Below are positions 39,556-48,442 of a stretch of 64,000 nt of DNA, piece after piece. The notes beneath the pieces are model-generated. The model was not told the DNA's origin and did no database searches. It saw only the letters and a list, made by a program, of their open reading frames with translations. Every line of letters starts with the position of its first letter. Position 1 is the stretch's first letter. The stretch is from contig CAMJMR010000001.1 of assembly GCA_946407095.1 (NCBI GenBank), positions 32,632 to 96,631 on the forward strand, in the 5' to 3' direction. The DNA comes from an uncultured Selenomonadales bacterium. GTDB lineage: Bacteria > Bacillota > Negativicutes > Selenomonadales > Selenomonadaceae. Made by a program: the position numbers and the translations under genes.

Positions 39556-41106
39556 TTATTTGAGGAAGGGGAATTTCGCCTTCAAGTCGTCGGACACTTC
39601 GTCTTTGAGGTGCGGGTGCGGAATGCCGAAGTCCAGCTTGTAAAATTCCAATCGGTCAATCTCAAGCAGTTCGTTTTCGGGCACGAAGATAATTTTCTGC
39701 GAAGTGCGCTTGGGATAAATCCGCGCCGAAAGAACTTCCGCGCCGTCGTTTATGAAGACTTCGACGCTTGAGCGGTCGATAAAGATGTGGAGCTTGAGCT
39801 TTTCTTGCGGTTCGATTTGAATTTCGCGGACGGGAGTGAAGCCGCCGATAGGTTCGCCCGAATTGGTGCGGTCAAATTTGAATGTGCCGTCCGAATTGTA
39901 AGTCAAAACGGTTTGCTCGATGTCGGAGGCGCGCAGGGCAATGGAAAACTTTTTCGACTCTGCCGCGTCAATCGTCAAGACAAGTTCGCAAGCCTCGCCC
40001 GCCACGCCGTCGAAGGTCGTCGCCTCGTCAATCACAACGTCTTCAAGGATTATCGGCTTCCACTTGCGGAGCTTTTCAAGTTCTTTAACGGGCGTGGAGA
40101 AAATTTTTCCGTCCTTGACGTGAAGTTCGCGCGGGATACTCATATGCCCCGCCCAACCGTCTTTGGTCTCGTGCATTTCGACATTCCACATATCCAGCCA
40201 GCCGATCATGACCGTCCTGCCGTCGGGCGTTTCCATGACTTGCGGCGCATAGAAGTCAAAGCCTTTGTCGAGATATTGAAAGTCGCCGTGCGCGAAGAGT
40301 CCGTTTCTGTAGTTGAGCTTGCCGATAAGCACGCCCGCTACCTTGTCGAAATAAAATCTGCCGTCGTCGGTCGGCAAGTCCATAGGCGAGAAAACCAGCA
40401 CGTCTTCCCCGTCAATCTCTGCGAAGTTCGGGCATTCCCACATGCCGCCGAGAGTTCCGTCACTGCGCGCGGAAATTGCCTTGCACCGCCACGACTTGGT
40501 CAAGTCTTTCGACTCAAACAAAAGGATTTGCCCGTGAGCCATGTCGGGCGTGCGCGAGCCGAGTACCGCGTAATATTTGCCGTTGTGCACCCAAACTTTC
40601 GGGTCGCGGATGTCATGGATGGAAACGTCTTTGTCCGCAACTTCAATCTCTTCGATAATCGGATTCTTCGCGGACTTTTCAAAGTGAATGCCGTCTTCCG
40701 AGCTTGCAAGGCATTGGAATTCGATATGCCCGTAACCTATCGCGGCTTCCTCCTCCGGCGTCGCACTGAGGTGGCCGGTGTACATGAGGTAAAGCTTGCC
40801 GTCCTTTTCGATAGCGGAGCCCGAAAAACAGCCGCCGCCCGCCTCGTAGGGCTCTTCGGGCGTCAAAGCAATGGGCAAATGTTTCCAATAGGCCAAATCG
40901 TCGCTTACGACGTGACCCCAATGCATGGGACCCCAGCGCGGCTCGTAAGGGTAATGCTGATAGAAAAAGTGGTATTGCCCTTTGTAAAAGCACATGCCGT
41001 TAGGGTCGTTGCACCAGCCGAAGGGCGGCGCAATGTGATAGCGCGGGTACCAACGGGCGTCGGTTATTTGCGCGAAGGGTTGAAAGTTTTCAATTTGTTC
41101 TGCCAT
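39556..41106 (-). CDS. Glycoside hydrolase family 32 (sucrose-6-phosphate hydrolase / beta-fructofuranosidase-like)
   Basis: 516 aa ORF with the motifs WCNDPNG, RDPKV and MWECP. Confidence 0.9.
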   Translation of the reverse strand: MAEQIENFQPFAQITDARWYPRYHIAPPFGWCNDPNGMCFYKGQYHFFYQHYPYEPRWGPMHWGHVVSDDLAYWKHLPIALTPEEPYEAGGGCFSGSAIEKDGKLYLMYTGHLSATPEEEAAIGYGHIEFQCLASSEDGIHFEKSAKNPIIEEIEVADKDVSIHDIRDPKVWVHNGKYYAVLGSRTPDMAHGQILLFESKDLTKSWRCKAISARSDGTLGGMWECPNFAEIDGEDVLVFSPMDLPTDDGRFYFDKVAGVLIGKLNYRNGLFAHGDFQYLDKGFDFYAPQVMETPDGRTVMIGWLDMWNVEMHETKDGWAGHMSIPRELHVKDGKIFSTPVKELEKLRKWKPIILEDVVIDEATTFDGVAGEACELVLTIDAAESKKFSIALRASDIEQTVLTYNSDGTFKFDRTNSGEPIGGFTPVREIQIEPQEKLKLHIFIDRSSVEVFINDGAEVLSARIYPKRTSQKIIFVPENELLEIDRLEFYKLDFGIPHPHLKDEVSDDLKAKFPFLK

Positions 41107-41118
41107 AAGATCACTCCT

Positions 41119-41325
41119 TTAAATAAAACCGTGATGTTTGAGTTGCCGATAAAGCGACCAGCCCGCGACGGGGAAGCCCAAGAAAATTCCTGCAAGCCGC
41201 CCTTTGCCGCCGAGCCCGAAATAATCGTCGACCAGCCCGCCGACGTACAGGCAAATAAAAATTACGGCAGCGATATAAATCCCAACGCCTGAGAGAATCG
41301 CCGCCGCCTTCCAAAAATTATTCAT
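41119..41325 (-). CDS. Small membrane protein, AtpZ/AtpI-like
   Basis: 68 aa ORF with two predicted transmembrane helices (...ILSGVGIYIAAVIFICLYVGGLVDDYFG...LAGIFLGFPVAGWSLY). Confidence 0.55.
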   Translation of the reverse strand: MNNFWKAAAILSGVGIYIAAVIFICLYVGGLVDDYFGLGGKGRLAGIFLGFPVAGWSLYRQLKHHGFI

Positions 41326-41328
41326 GCC

Positions 41329-42291
41329 TTAGACAAGCACGCTTGCCAAACGAACAAGTTCGGGGTCAAGCGGCTTTTTGTTGTTGACTGAATCGAACAG
41401 ATTAATCGAAACGACTTTGCCTTCGTCGAAACCGAAAACGACATCGGACACGCCCGAAATTATTGCCAAGGCCGCACGTTCGCCGAGCTGGGAAGCCTTC
41501 ATGCGGTCTTCGACAGTCGGCGAGCCGCCGCGCTGAATGTGTCCGAGAATCGATACGCGGGTGTCAATGCCCGTCTTTTCCTCGACGACGTTCTTCAAGC
41601 CGACGCCGCTGCACGCGCCTTCCGCCACGACGATTATGCTGTAGCGGCGGCCGCCCTTGTACGATTCGACAATCTCTTCGCACATCTCATCGATATTGTA
41701 TTTGACTTCGGGAACGATAATGTATTCCGCGCCCGAGGCAATGCCCGAAACCATAGCCAGCCAGCCCGACGTGTGACCCATGACCTCAACGACCATGATG
41801 CGCCGATGCGCCGACGCCGTGTCGCGCAGTTTATTTATCGCCTCGACTGCCGTATTCGCCGCCGTGTCGCAGCCGATTGTGTAGTCCGTGCCCCAAACGT
41901 CGTTGTCTATCGTGCCCGGCAAGCCGACTATCGGAATGCCGCCCATCTTCGACAAAAGAGAGCCGCCCGTCAAAGAGCCGTCGCCGCCGATTATGACCAG
42001 ACCTTCAATCCCGTGCTTCTGCAAGTTCTCCAAGCCCTTGCGGCGTCCTTCCTCCGTCTTGAACTCTTTGCAACGTGCCGTGCCCAAAAACGTGCCGCCG
42101 CGCTGAATCAAATCGCTGACGCTCCGACGCTCCAATTCTTTAATTTCGTCGTTAAGCATGCCCCTGAATCCGTTAAAGATACCAAAAACTTTGACACCTT
42201 CGAAAAGCGCCGTGCGGACAACAGCCCTCGCCGCCGCGTTCATGCCGGGGCTGTCGCCGCCCGATGTCATTACCGCTAAACTTTTCAGCAT
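41329..42291 (-). CDS. pfkA: ATP-dependent 6-phosphofructokinase
   Basis: MLKSLAVMTSGGDSPGMNAA... from ATG 42291, preceded by GGGAGGGG. Confidence 0.93.
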   Translation of the reverse strand: MLKSLAVMTSGGDSPGMNAAARAVVRTALFEGVKVFGIFNGFRGMLNDEIKELERRSVSDLIQRGGTFLGTARCKEFKTEEGRRKGLENLQKHGIEGLVIIGGDGSLTGGSLLSKMGGIPIVGLPGTIDNDVWGTDYTIGCDTAANTAVEAINKLRDTASAHRRIMVVEVMGHTSGWLAMVSGIASGAEYIIVPEVKYNIDEMCEEIVESYKGGRRYSIIVVAEGACSGVGLKNVVEEKTGIDTRVSILGHIQRGGSPTVEDRMKASQLGERAALAIISGVSDVVFGFDEGKVVSINLFDSVNNKKPLDPELVRLASVLV

Positions 42292-42505
42292 AAATTTTTC
42301 CCCTCCCACTCAATCTTCTGCATAGGTACTACCGCGAACATTTTAAAGAATTTCGTTGCAAAAGTAAAGCAAATTTTCAACGGCGTTGCTTGAAATTTTA
42401 AAGCCCGTTGGTTAGAATAACGTTGTCAACGTAACCAACCGCAGGGCTCAAAGTATTTTCGTTATTTTAACCGCCCTGCAGGATTTTTGCAAGGAGGAAT
42501 TTTCC

Positions 42506-43270
42506 ATGAGGAGCACAGAGACAAAACGCCGCATCCTCAAAGAGGCGAAGCTCGCCTTCGACGCGCTGATGAAATGCTATCCGTTCACGACGGACGACAT
42601 CGAAGGGGAAGAATGGCGCGACTACCCCAACTACGGCAACGGGGACTACCAAATCTCCACTTTCGCGCGCATTAAGTCTTTGAAAAACGGTCGCGTCAAA
42701 ATTTTGAAACCCTGGTTTAGCGGGGAATACATGCAAATCGAACTTTGCCAAGACGGCGTTCAAAAGACGTTCCAAGTCCATCGCCTCGTCGCCGAAACTT
42801 TCATCCCCAATTCCGATAACCTGCCTGAGGTGAATCATCGCGACGGGCGGAAGTACAACAACCACGTGTCAAATCTGGAATGGGTGACCCACGCCCAGAA
42901 CATGCGCCACGCCGTTGATACGGGTTTGCAAATTGGCTTGAGTGGCGAAGACAATCCGCGAGCTAAACTCATCGGTGAACAGATTGTTTACATTCGCGAG
43001 AATCCCGACGGCTTGACAGGCAAAGAATTGGCAGAAATGTTTGGCGTGTCTGAAATTGCGGTCAGTGATATTCAAACTGGTAAAACCTACAAAAATGTGG
43101 GCGGCAAAATTCGCGAGACAAAACGGAAACGCACCCCCGACGAGATTCGCGCCAAAATCCGCGCAGAGTACAGAAAGGGCGTCCCCGGTTGCGGCTTGCA
43201 GGCTCTTGCTAAAAAGTACAAGCTCAATCCAACGACAATACGCGACATAGTCAACAAGGACGAAGACTGA
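42506..43270 (+). CDS. Free-standing HNH homing-endonuclease-like protein (NUMOD4 + HNH_3 + C-terminal HTH repeats)
   Basis: 254 aa ORF ...EEWRDYPNYGNGDYQISTFARIKSL...VHRLVAETFIPNSDNLPEVNHRDGRKYNNHVSNLEWVTHAQN... Confidence 0.85.
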   Translation: MRSTETKRRILKEAKLAFDALMKCYPFTTDDIEGEEWRDYPNYGNGDYQISTFARIKSLKNGRVKILKPWFSGEYMQIELCQDGVQKTFQVHRLVAETFIPNSDNLPEVNHRDGRKYNNHVSNLEWVTHAQNMRHAVDTGLQIGLSGEDNPRAKLIGEQIVYIRENPDGLTGKELAEMFGVSEIAVSDIQTGKTYKNVGGKIRETKRKRTPDEIRAKIRAEYRKGVPGCGLQALAKKYKLNPTTIRDIVNKDED

Positions 43271-43370
43271 CAGCTTAACCTGACGAGCCGCGCCGCAAGC
43301 GATTGTTAATTGGCGGTGACCGTGATAAAATGCTTCCGCAGTGAAAATCGACATGAAGGGAGCTTTTCAA

Positions 43371-44228
43371 ATGGGTTCTTCTGAAATAAAAAACTTCGGT
43401 ATCCTCGGCTACCCGGTGGGTCACTCAATGTCGCCGCGCATCTACAGGGCGGCGTTCGACGCGGCAGGCTTCCCGAATTACAATTACGTTCCGTTGCCAA
43501 CGCACGCAGGCAAGCTTTACTTCGCGGTCGAGGGGCTCAAGGGCTTGGACTTTCGCGGGGCGAACGTGACGATACCGCACAAGTCGACGATAATGAAATT
43601 CCTGGACGCGGTCGACGCAGACGCAATGATAATCGGCGCGGTGAACACGGTCGTAAACGACGGCGGCATCTTGACGGGCTACAACACGGACGTTTACGGC
43701 TTCCTTGCCGCGCTTGCCGAGGCGAATTTTTTGGCTGAAGACTGCCACGCGGTGATATTGGGAGCGGGCGGCGCGGCTCGTGCGGTTTTGTGGGGCTTGT
43801 GCAAGCGGCGGGCTGAATGCATAACGATAGGCGCGCGCAATCCTCAAAAGGCTGACGCATTGGCGAAAGATTTTCTGAACTACGGGCGCGTCGAGGGCTT
43901 CGATTGGCATTCGGACGAGTTCAAGGAAATGGTTCGGACGGCCGATATCGTCATAAACACGACGCCGCTGGGCATGTATCCCGAAGTGGACGATATGCCG
44001 CCGATTGACTTAAAGCTTTTGCCGGAAGGCGCGCTGGTCTACGATATAATTTACAATCCCGCCGAAACTAAACTGCTTAGGACTGCGCGGGCGATGGGTT
44101 TGCCGACGCTTGACGGCTTGTCGATGTTGCTGTTGCAGGGCAAAGAGGCTTATCGGCTGTTCACGGGCGAGTTGCCCGACTTGGACGTCATGAAGGCCGC
44201 ATTGGAAGAGGGGCTCAACCTTCGCTGA
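43371..44228 (+). CDS. aroE: Shikimate dehydrogenase
   Basis: ...FGILGYPVGHSMSPRIY...NVTIPHK...NTD.... ATG 43371 is preceded by AAGGGAG. The track ORF starts earlier, at 43341. Confidence 0.88.
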   Translation: MGSSEIKNFGILGYPVGHSMSPRIYRAAFDAAGFPNYNYVPLPTHAGKLYFAVEGLKGLDFRGANVTIPHKSTIMKFLDAVDADAMIIGAVNTVVNDGGILTGYNTDVYGFLAALAEANFLAEDCHAVILGAGGAARAVLWGLCKRRAECITIGARNPQKADALAKDFLNYGRVEGFDWHSDEFKEMVRTADIVINTTPLGMYPEVDDMPPIDLKLLPEGALVYDIIYNPAETKLLRTARAMGLPTLDGLSMLLLQGKEAYRLFTGELPDLDVMKAALEEGLNLR

Positions 44229-44287
44229 ATAATCGCAATGGTGGCGGGCGCGTCCCTTCAATTCGTCATTCGATTAAATTTATTTTT

Positions 44288-44461
44288 TAAATCTACTTTC
44301 TTTGTGCGGACAAAGAAAGTAGCAAAGAAAACCGCCGCTACGCGCGGGGCGAAGGGTCGTTACCCGCGCCGCCCGATATTTTCAGCGTGCTTGCGCCGAC
44401 GGTATTTGCGTCACGCAAATGCGTCGGCGACGGCCGCCCATCCTTGGGCGGCCTCTTTTTT
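44288..44461 (+). repeat. Family-2 structured element, short form (copy c), ending in a canonical terminator; candidate ncRNA
   Basis: P1 TACTTTCTTTGTGCGGACAAAGAAAGTA, a TCAC-loop hairpin ATTTGCGTCACGCAAAT, and a terminal hairpin GGCCGCCCATCCTTGGGCGGCC followed by TCTTTTTT. Confidence 0.75.
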
Positions 44462-44482
44462 AGATGATTGTCTTAAAAATTT

Positions 44483-45685
44483 TTGACGGTGATATTCATG
44501 ACGGACTTTGACGAGCAACTTAGGAAATTGATTCACATGGAGCGGCACAACTTCGCAGGCTCTTCGTCGCGCGCCATAGTGGAGCTGGTGAATTTGCTTT
44601 TCGACTTCGCGATAAAAATGCGGGCGTCCGACTTGCACCTGGAGCCGTATGAAAAATCGTTGCGCGTGCGCTATCGAATCGACGGGCAATTACAGGAACT
44701 TCATCAGCCGTTACCGCTAAGCTTGGCGGATGCGCTGACTTCCCGAATAAAAATTTTGGCGCGCATGGATACGACTGCCGCCTTCCTGCCGCTGGACGGA
44801 GCAATTCGTTTCGGGAACGTCGAAATGCGCGTGGCAAGTATGCCGTCGTTCGGCGCGGAGAGTTTGACGATACGCCTGCTTGATTCGTCGTTGGAATTGC
44901 ACCGCCTCAAAGATTTGGGCTTCACGGCGGAGAATGAAAAAATTTTCCGGCAAATGACGAACACGGCGGCGGGCATGATAATTTTGACGGGGCCGATGAA
45001 TTCGGGCAAGTCGACGACGCTTTACGCCGCGTTGCGCGAACTCAACCAGCCGTCGCGTTCGATAATGACGCTTGAAGATCCGATTGAACAGCACGTCGAG
45101 GGAATAAGTCAAGTGCAAGTCAACGAGAAAACGGGTTTGACGTTCGCGGCGGGCTTGCGAGCGATGTTGCGCATGGACTGCAACGTTTTAATGGTCGGGG
45201 AGGCTCGTGACGCGGAGACTTCCAAAATAGCGGTGCGCGCCGCGCTGACGGGTCATTTGATTTTCACGACGTTGCACGCCAACGATTCATGCAGTGCGGT
45301 CTTCCGCATGTTGGAAATGGGCGTTGAACCGTATTTGTTGGCGGCGACGCTTAACGGCGTGGTGGCACAGCGGTTGGTTAGGCGGCTTTGTCCGAAGTGC
45401 AAGAAAATCTGCGCGGACGGGACGTTTGAGGCGGTCGGTTGCTCGGAATGTCGTGGCACGGGCTACAGCGGACGAATCGCCTTGCATGAGATTTTGCGCG
45501 TCGATAAGGATTTGCGCTCGCTGATTCTTACCAGCCGCGACTTGGATGAGATAAGAGCCTTTGCCCTTGACGCGGGCTTGAAGACTTTGGCTGACGACGC
45601 TTTTGAAAAAGTCCGCGCAGGTGTCACGACACTTGACGAAATCAGACGCGTGTTGGGCATGGATTTTATCAAAGGAGCTGATTAA
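44483..45685 (+). CDS. GspE/PilB-family secretion ATPase (lacks the N-terminal N1E domain)
   Basis: 400 aa ORF with Walker A GPMNSGKST, Asp/His boxes and a tetracysteine CPKC...CSEC motif. The start codon is uncertain (TTG 44483 or ATG 44498). Confidence 0.85.
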   Translation: MTVIFMTDFDEQLRKLIHMERHNFAGSSSRAIVELVNLLFDFAIKMRASDLHLEPYEKSLRVRYRIDGQLQELHQPLPLSLADALTSRIKILARMDTTAAFLPLDGAIRFGNVEMRVASMPSFGAESLTIRLLDSSLELHRLKDLGFTAENEKIFRQMTNTAAGMIILTGPMNSGKSTTLYAALRELNQPSRSIMTLEDPIEQHVEGISQVQVNEKTGLTFAAGLRAMLRMDCNVLMVGEARDAETSKIAVRAALTGHLIFTTLHANDSCSAVFRMLEMGVEPYLLAATLNGVVAQRLVRRLCPKCKKICADGTFEAVGCSECRGTGYSGRIALHEILRVDKDLRSLILTSRDLDEIRAFALDAGLKTLADDAFEKVRAGVTTLDEIRRVLGMDFIKGAD

Positions 45686-45687
45686 TT

Positions 45688-46371
45688 TTGCTTGACGAAA
45701 AAAAAGTTGCGTTCATAACGTGCGTGAACAGCGATTGGTGGTACAGCGAGTGCCGCCTTTACCTGGAGCACTTGACGATACCCGACGGCATGACGGCCGA
45801 GTTTATCGACGTGCGCGACGCAAAATCCATGACGGCGGGCTACAACCGCGCAATGAAAAATTCCGACGCCAAGTACAAAATTTATCTGCACCAAGACACT
45901 TTCGTCGTCAACAAGAATCTTATCGCCGACTTGCTGAAAATTTTTCGCGACGAGACAATCGGTGTCGTGGGAGTGATTGGTTGCATGAACTTGCCCGCGA
46001 CGGGCGTTTGGTGGGACGGCTTGAGGACTTACGGGCGCGTGCTTCATGCTTGCGAGCCCGAAAGTGTCGTCGATTCGCATTGCGACGAACCCGAAGGCGA
46101 TTATCAGGAAGTCGAATCGGTTGACGGTTTATTTTTGGCGACGCAGTACGATTTGCCGTGGCGCGAAGATTTGTTCGACGGTTGGCATCTTTACGACACA
46201 TCGCTCTGCAAGGAAATGAGCCGAGCCGGTTATCGGGTTGTCGTGCCGAATCAGTCGGCGGATTTTTGGTGCATACACTGCCCGAAGGAAAAACCGCTTG
46301 ACCCGCGCTATCGCCGCTACCAAAAAATTTTCCTTGCCGAATACGGCGACGAACTTAATCCCGAAGTTTAA
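45688..46371 (+). CDS. Glycosyltransferase-like protein (GT2-like fold)
   Basis: 227 aa ORF ...VAFITCVNSDWWYSECRLYLEHL...YNRAMKNSDAKYKIYLHQD...VDGLFLATQ... Confidence 0.7.
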   Translation: MLDEKKVAFITCVNSDWWYSECRLYLEHLTIPDGMTAEFIDVRDAKSMTAGYNRAMKNSDAKYKIYLHQDTFVVNKNLIADLLKIFRDETIGVVGVIGCMNLPATGVWWDGLRTYGRVLHACEPESVVDSHCDEPEGDYQEVESVDGLFLATQYDLPWREDLFDGWHLYDTSLCKEMSRAGYRVVVPNQSADFWCIHCPKEKPLDPRYRRYQKIFLAEYGDELNPEV

Positions 46372-46379
46372 AAGTTGGT

Positions 46380-46473
46380 GGGCTAGAAATGCGCATGCAT
46401 TTCGTATCGGCGCGGCGATACCGTTTGAATTACGGAAGCTAAGGCGCGCTATCAGGATGCAACGTCACGTTGC
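46380..46473 (+). repeat. Family-1 element, copy 4 (subtype a, diverged 5' arm)
   Basis: GGGCTAGAAATGCGCATGCATTTCGTATCGGCGCGGCGATACCGTTTGAATTACGG...GCGCGCTATCAGGATGCAACGTCACGTTGC. Confidence 0.8.
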
Positions 46474-46568
46474 CGCCGCTACCAAAAAATTTTCCTTGCC
46501 GAATACGGCGACGAACTCAATCCGGAGGTGTAAAGTGGAAGACATCAAACCGAGCTTGAGCCGCTTTA

Positions 46569-46663
46569 AAAGCGGCGAAACATATAACGCGTTTAAGCGT
46601 CCGGTAACTTCAGCCAGTCGCCGCGCATAAAATTTATCAACGAACTTTATTGGGAGGTTTGAC
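46569..46663 (-). repeat. Family-1 element, copy 5 (subtype b, diverged or truncated)
   Basis: The plus strand reads CCGCTTTAAAAGCGGCGAAACA...GTCGCCGCGCATAAAAT.... It aligns with 59846 and 63517. Confidence 0.6.
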
Positions 46664-47548
46664 GTGGAAGACATTAAACCGAGCTTGACCGAATTCATTT
46701 ACGGCGAAGATTTTTGGCAAAGAATTTTGGTCGTCGAGAGCGCAGATTATCTTGCCGAGTTGCGCGAGCGGTTCCCGACGGATGAAATTTTTTTTGTCAC
46801 TACGAACGAGGATTTTCATTCCGACGGCGTGAAAACTTTCGTGCTTGACTATCGCGAGGAGCGACTGCCCTTCGACGAAGAATTTTTCGACGCGATTATC
46901 GGAGACTTGACGCTTGAGGTCGTGACTAACCCGCAAGACATAGCGGCGGGCTTTTCGACGTTCATTAAGCAGACGGGCTGTTGGCTGACGAGTTTCCGCA
47001 ACCTTCGCCATTGGAAGGTCATCGAAAAGCTGATGCGCGGCGTTTCGGGAGGAATAGTTTCGCGGCTGTACACGCGCACCGAATTCGAGCGGTTGCTTTA
47101 CGCGTCGTTCTATAAGGAAGTGCAACTGTTGCCGCTGAAAAAAAACGCGCCGCCCGAACTTTTGGCGCGGCTTATCGATTGCGGCTTCGACAACTTCGAC
47201 GACGACTTGCAGACAGAATTTTGGCTGGTAAGAGCGGCGCGCTCAATGCCGGAACTTGCGCTGTTGAAGTCAATGTTCACGCCCGACATCCGCGCAGAGC
47301 TGTCGCGCCTCCTTCACCGCATCGAATACGACGTTGCAACCGAGGACAGCGTTCAAAAGTTTTGGCGGCTATTCGACGCACAGGGTCTTTTCACGGACTA
47401 CGCGGCGGCGTTCATTCGGTCGGTCGTCGTGCACCGCGAACATTTTTGGCGCAACATGAAAATTTTTTCCGCCCGCGCAGAGCTTGACGCGATAATCGAC
47501 GAGGCGGAATCAATGTACGACTTCGATACGGGTAATCGTCTGCTGTGA
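46664..47548 (+). CDS. Hypothetical protein (weak class-I methyltransferase-like features)
   Basis: 294 aa ORF from GTG 46664, preceded by GGGAGG. No strong motif recognised. Confidence 0.6.
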   Translation: MEDIKPSLTEFIYGEDFWQRILVVESADYLAELRERFPTDEIFFVTTNEDFHSDGVKTFVLDYREERLPFDEEFFDAIIGDLTLEVVTNPQDIAAGFSTFIKQTGCWLTSFRNLRHWKVIEKLMRGVSGGIVSRLYTRTEFERLLYASFYKEVQLLPLKKNAPPELLARLIDCGFDNFDDDLQTEFWLVRAARSMPELALLKSMFTPDIRAELSRLLHRIEYDVATEDSVQKFWRLFDAQGLFTDYAAAFIRSVVVHREHFWRNMKIFSARAELDAIIDEAESMYDFDTGNRLL

Positions 47549-47603
47549 GCAATAACAGCGAACGAAAGGGCAACCCGCCGCCTAAGATATTGACAACTCG
47601 CCC

Positions 47604-47632
47604 TTGACACAAAAAAATCGCTCGTCTATAAT
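47604..47632 (+). promoter_or_regulatory. Consensus sigma-A promoter of the rpmH operon
   Basis: TTGACA (47604-47609), 17 nt spacer, TATAAT (47627-47632), 40 nt upstream of the rpmH start. Confidence 0.7.
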
Positions 47633-47671
47633 CGGCGTTGTCTTGAATCTCTTTGTAAGGAGGTGTCGGGC

Positions 47672-47806
47672 TTGAAGAGAACTTTTCAACCAAACACACA
47701 CTGGCGCAAAAAAACGCACGGCTTTCGCGAACGCATGAAGACGAAGGGCGGTCGGCTTGTCATCAAAAGACGCCGCGCTCGTGGCAGGAAAGTGCTTACA
47801 GCTTAA
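47672..47806 (+). CDS. rpmH: 50S ribosomal protein L34
   Basis: Too short for the ORF track. TTG start after AAGGAGG. Translation: [44 protein letters not shown]. Confidence 0.9.
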   Translation: MKRTFQPNTHWRKKTHGFRERMKTKGGRLVIKRRRARGRKVLTA

Positions 47807-47814
47807 GCTACGGC

Positions 47815-47842
47815 AGGTCACTATCGAAGTGGCCTTTTTTTT
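47815..47842 (+). terminator. Hairpin plus T-run between rpmH and rnpA (terminator or attenuator)
   Basis: GGTCAC TATCGAA GTGGCC followed by T8. Confidence 0.5.
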
Positions 47843-47867
47843 CGCTTATCGGCAGACGGAGGACGCC

Positions 47868-48215
47868 ATGTTTCGATTGAGCAAGGCTGAAATATTTCGC
47901 GGCAAACACGACTTCAACGCGGTACACAATCACGGACGCTCGTTCGCGAATCATGCATTGGTTTTGCTTGTCGTCCAAGACGAACGCTACAACGGCAAAG
48001 TCGGCTTCGCGGCGGGCAAAAAGCTCGGCGGTGCTGTCGTTCGCAACCGCGTCAAGCGTTTGATGCGCGAGTCTTATCGCCTCAATAAAAATTCCCTCCG
48101 TCGTGATTGCGGAATGATTCTTGTCGGGCGCAAGTTTCTGGTTACCGCCAAGTTCAAGGACGCCGAAAAGGCTTTCCGCGACTTGTGCAGGCGCGCCAAA
48201 CTCTTAAAGCCATGA
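47868..48215 (+). CDS. rnpA: Ribonuclease P protein component
   Basis: [26 protein letters not shown]...[15 protein letters not shown] (RNR motif). Uses an internal ATG of track ORF 47757..48215. Confidence 0.88.
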   Translation: MFRLSKAEIFRGKHDFNAVHNHGRSFANHALVLLVVQDERYNGKVGFAAGKKLGGAVVRNRVKRLMRESYRLNKNSLRRDCGMILVGRKFLVTAKFKDAEKAFRDLCRRAKLLKP

Positions 48216-48421
48216 CAAGATTTCTTATAGCTTTGATAAAGTTTTATAGGCGGTGGTTATCGCCTTTGAAGCCGCCGTGTTGCCGATTCGTGCCGACGTG
48301 TTCGGCTTATGCCGTCGACGCGCTGAAAAAATACGGCTGGGCTCGCGGCAGTTGGTTGACGCTTAAACGAATTCTGCGTTGCAACCCGTGGAGCAAAGGC
48401 GGCTACGACCCCGTTCCCTAA
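48212..48421 (+). CDS. yidD: Membrane protein insertion efficiency factor YidD
   Basis: [42 protein letters not shown].... ATGA overlap with the rnpA stop. Confidence 0.9.
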   Translation: MTRFLIALIKFYRRWLSPLKPPCCRFVPTCSAYAVDALKKYGWARGSWLTLKRILRCNPWSKGGYDPVP

Positions 48422-48442
48422 GTCCTTAAAGGATGTGATGTT

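Noticed and set aside
42310-43340. Possible prophage or genomic island around the HNH endonuclease.
   Set aside because: No integrase, terminase, capsid or other phage-like ORFs are present. No flanking direct repeats were found. The neighbours are housekeeping genes.
46312-46541. The duplicated gene 3' ends might be template and variable repeats of a diversity-generating retroelement.
   Set aside because: The repeats are only 27-66 nt long. The differences are not adenine-specific and are all synonymous, so no protein diversification results. No reverse transcriptase gene is nearby.
47549-47671. Possible oriC upstream of rpmH.
   Set aside because: No dnaA gene is adjacent. I could not see a cluster of DnaA-box-like 9-mers or an AT-rich unwinding element. 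The region is adequately explained by a consensus promoter.
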